Shown here: positions 62,671 to 64,000 of the stretch, one piece after another
How positions within the stretch are numbered: the stretch's first letter is position 1
Layout of the letters: the number at the start of each line of letters is the position of its first letter
NCBI GenBank assembly: GCA_965205015.1
Contig: OZ242029.1
Span: forward strand, 4,352,001 to 4,416,000
Length of the DNA: 64,000 bases
Source of the DNA: Candidatus Poribacteria bacterium
GTDB taxonomy: Bacteria > Poribacteria > WGA-4E > WGA-3G
Direction: 5' to 3'
Translations under genes and position numbers: made by a program
Notes under the pieces: generated by a model
Seen by the model: the letters and a program-made list of their open reading frames with translations, nothing else
Told to the model about the DNA's origin: nothing
Database searches by the model: none

Positions 62671-62875
62671 AACCCAAAAATCGTCTTTAGAACTTGCAAA
62701 ATCACTGAGAGGTGCTAAAATGTTATTATGGAAGAAGAAACCGGAGATAACGCGTCAAGACGGTTGGCTCAAGGTCGATTATCAAGATTGTAGAGTAAAT
62801 TCCGTTCCTCAATGTCCGATTTATACAGGAACATAGCGAAACCCAACAACCTAAACACGAGGATGGGAGAAACAC

Positions 62876-64000
62876 ATGCGTATTATTACAATAGTCATAT
62901 TTTTTCTTCTATTACTTAGTGGGTGTGGCATAAAATCAGTCCAACCACCGGCACCTGTCACAGCAGAAATCGTTAGAAAAGCCGACTGGGAGGTAGAATT
63001 CAGGGATGTCTTCTTCCGCGATGCAAAGCACGGTTGGGTCATTGGAGAGAAAGGGACAATCCTCTACACAGAAGACGGTGGCAAAAATTGGAAAACGCAG
63101 AAGAGCGACACTGAAGCACGTCTGAACAAGATGCAGTTCATAGATGAAAAGCGCGGTTGGATTGTCGGAAACGAAGGAACTTTCTTACGAACAGGAAACG
63201 GCGGGAAAAAATGGCAGAAACGGGTTGTCAGGGACGGGAGCATGAGTCTGATCAGCCTTCACTTCTTGGACGAACAACGCGGCTGGATAACTGGGGAAGG
63301 GGGTGCGCTCTATTATACGGCAGACGGCGGAGAATCGTGGGACTTCCGTGCCAGCGGTGTGGGTGAAGCACTCCTCGACATCCACTTTGTTAGCGAAAAT
63401 GAAGGCTGGTTGATCGCACAACTCGGCACAACATTGCACACGACAGACGGCGGGAAAACATGGGATTATAAATCGGTAGGACCTCAGGACGGTCTGCTTA
63501 ATATACAGTTCGATTCTGACCAGAAAACGGGCTGGGCTGTCGGAATTGCGTCTGCTGTGCTCTCAACGACAGACGGCGGAAAAACGTGGACCCGTGGGGA
63601 ACCCGGCATTGAAGGCTCCCACGCCATCTATGATCTCTGCTTTACAGATACGAAAAAAGGATGGTTAGTCTCACAAGTTGGGGGCGTGATACACACACAG
63701 GACGGTGGACAGACATGGACGGTTCAAGAGACAGGTACACGTAGTGATCTGATGGCTGTGCATTCTCCTGACGCGAAACATGTTTGGGCAGTCGGCAGCT
63801 ACGGAACAATGCTGCATTCTACCGATGGTGGGAAAATGTGGATAATTGATTCCGAAAGTAATGCCGAACCTTTAGCAGGTGTGGAGATGGCGGATAGCGG
63901 ACGCGGCTGGGCTGTTGGGCGTCGCGGGGCAATCTTCCGCACGGAAAATGAAGGACGCTCTTGGGAGCAACAGGACAGTGGTCTCTCTGTCGGTTTGAAT
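62876..64000 (+). CDS. YCF48/BNR-repeat beta-propeller lipoprotein (runs off the window end)
   Basis: MRIITIVIFFLLLLSGC lipobox; repeated GWxVGxxGxILxTxDGGxxW; missing from the ORF track because there is no stop in the window. Confidence 0.85.
   Translation, partial: MRIITIVIFFLLLLSGCGIKSVQPPAPVTAEIVRKADWEVEFRDVFFRDAKHGWVIGEKGTILYTEDGGKNWKTQKSDTEARLNKMQFIDEKRGWIVGNEGTFLRTGNGGKKWQKRVVRDGSMSLISLHFLDEQRGWITGEGGALYYTADGGESWDFRASGVGEALLDIHFVSENEGWLIAQLGTTLHTTDGGKTWDYKSVGPQDGLLNIQFDSDQKTGWAVGIASAVLSTTDGGKTWTRGEPGIEGSHAIYDLCFTDTKKGWLVSQVGGVIHTQDGGQTWTVQETGTRSDLMAVHSPDAKHVWAVGSYGTMLHSTDGGKMWIIDSESNAEPLAGVEMADSGRGWAVGRRGAIFRTENEGRSWEQQDSGLSVGLN

Noticed and set aside
62615-62836. Small ORF upstream of the YCF48-like gene
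   Set aside because: Overlaps a strong RNA hairpin and sigma70-like promoter boxes; no recognisable protein features

Overview
Bacterial chromosomal window. It is probably from Candidatus Poribacteria or a relative; this is an inference from the C-terminal 'AVDPxxKLAxTWGxLK' motif, the secreted beta-propeller/LamG/PorV-like proteins and the repeat landscape. It holds an intact ISAs1-family element, housekeeping genes (prfB with its +1 frameshift, lnt, rqcH/NFACT, a groES-less groEL, leuS, rnj, leuCD, guaB), an 11-gene carotenoid cluster opposite a B12-dependent CarH/LitR regulator, several glycan-related and secreted proteins, toxin-antitoxin remnants and many small repeats. The main find is directly after guaB. 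Four ORFs in the ORF track are really two tandem genes, each split by an in-frame UGA in a 'DEAC-U-G(S/T)GK' motif and each followed by a conserved SECIS-like hairpin. They resemble animal selenoprotein N (SELENON) and carry a repeated C-terminal domain I do not recognise. Other notable features: two sigma54 promoters that share an enhancer palindrome at nearly identical spacing (one apparently driving a small RNA with an anti-SD loop), repeat elements inserted in-frame into several proteins, and a MITE-like family whose ends coincide with ribosome-binding sites and stop codons.
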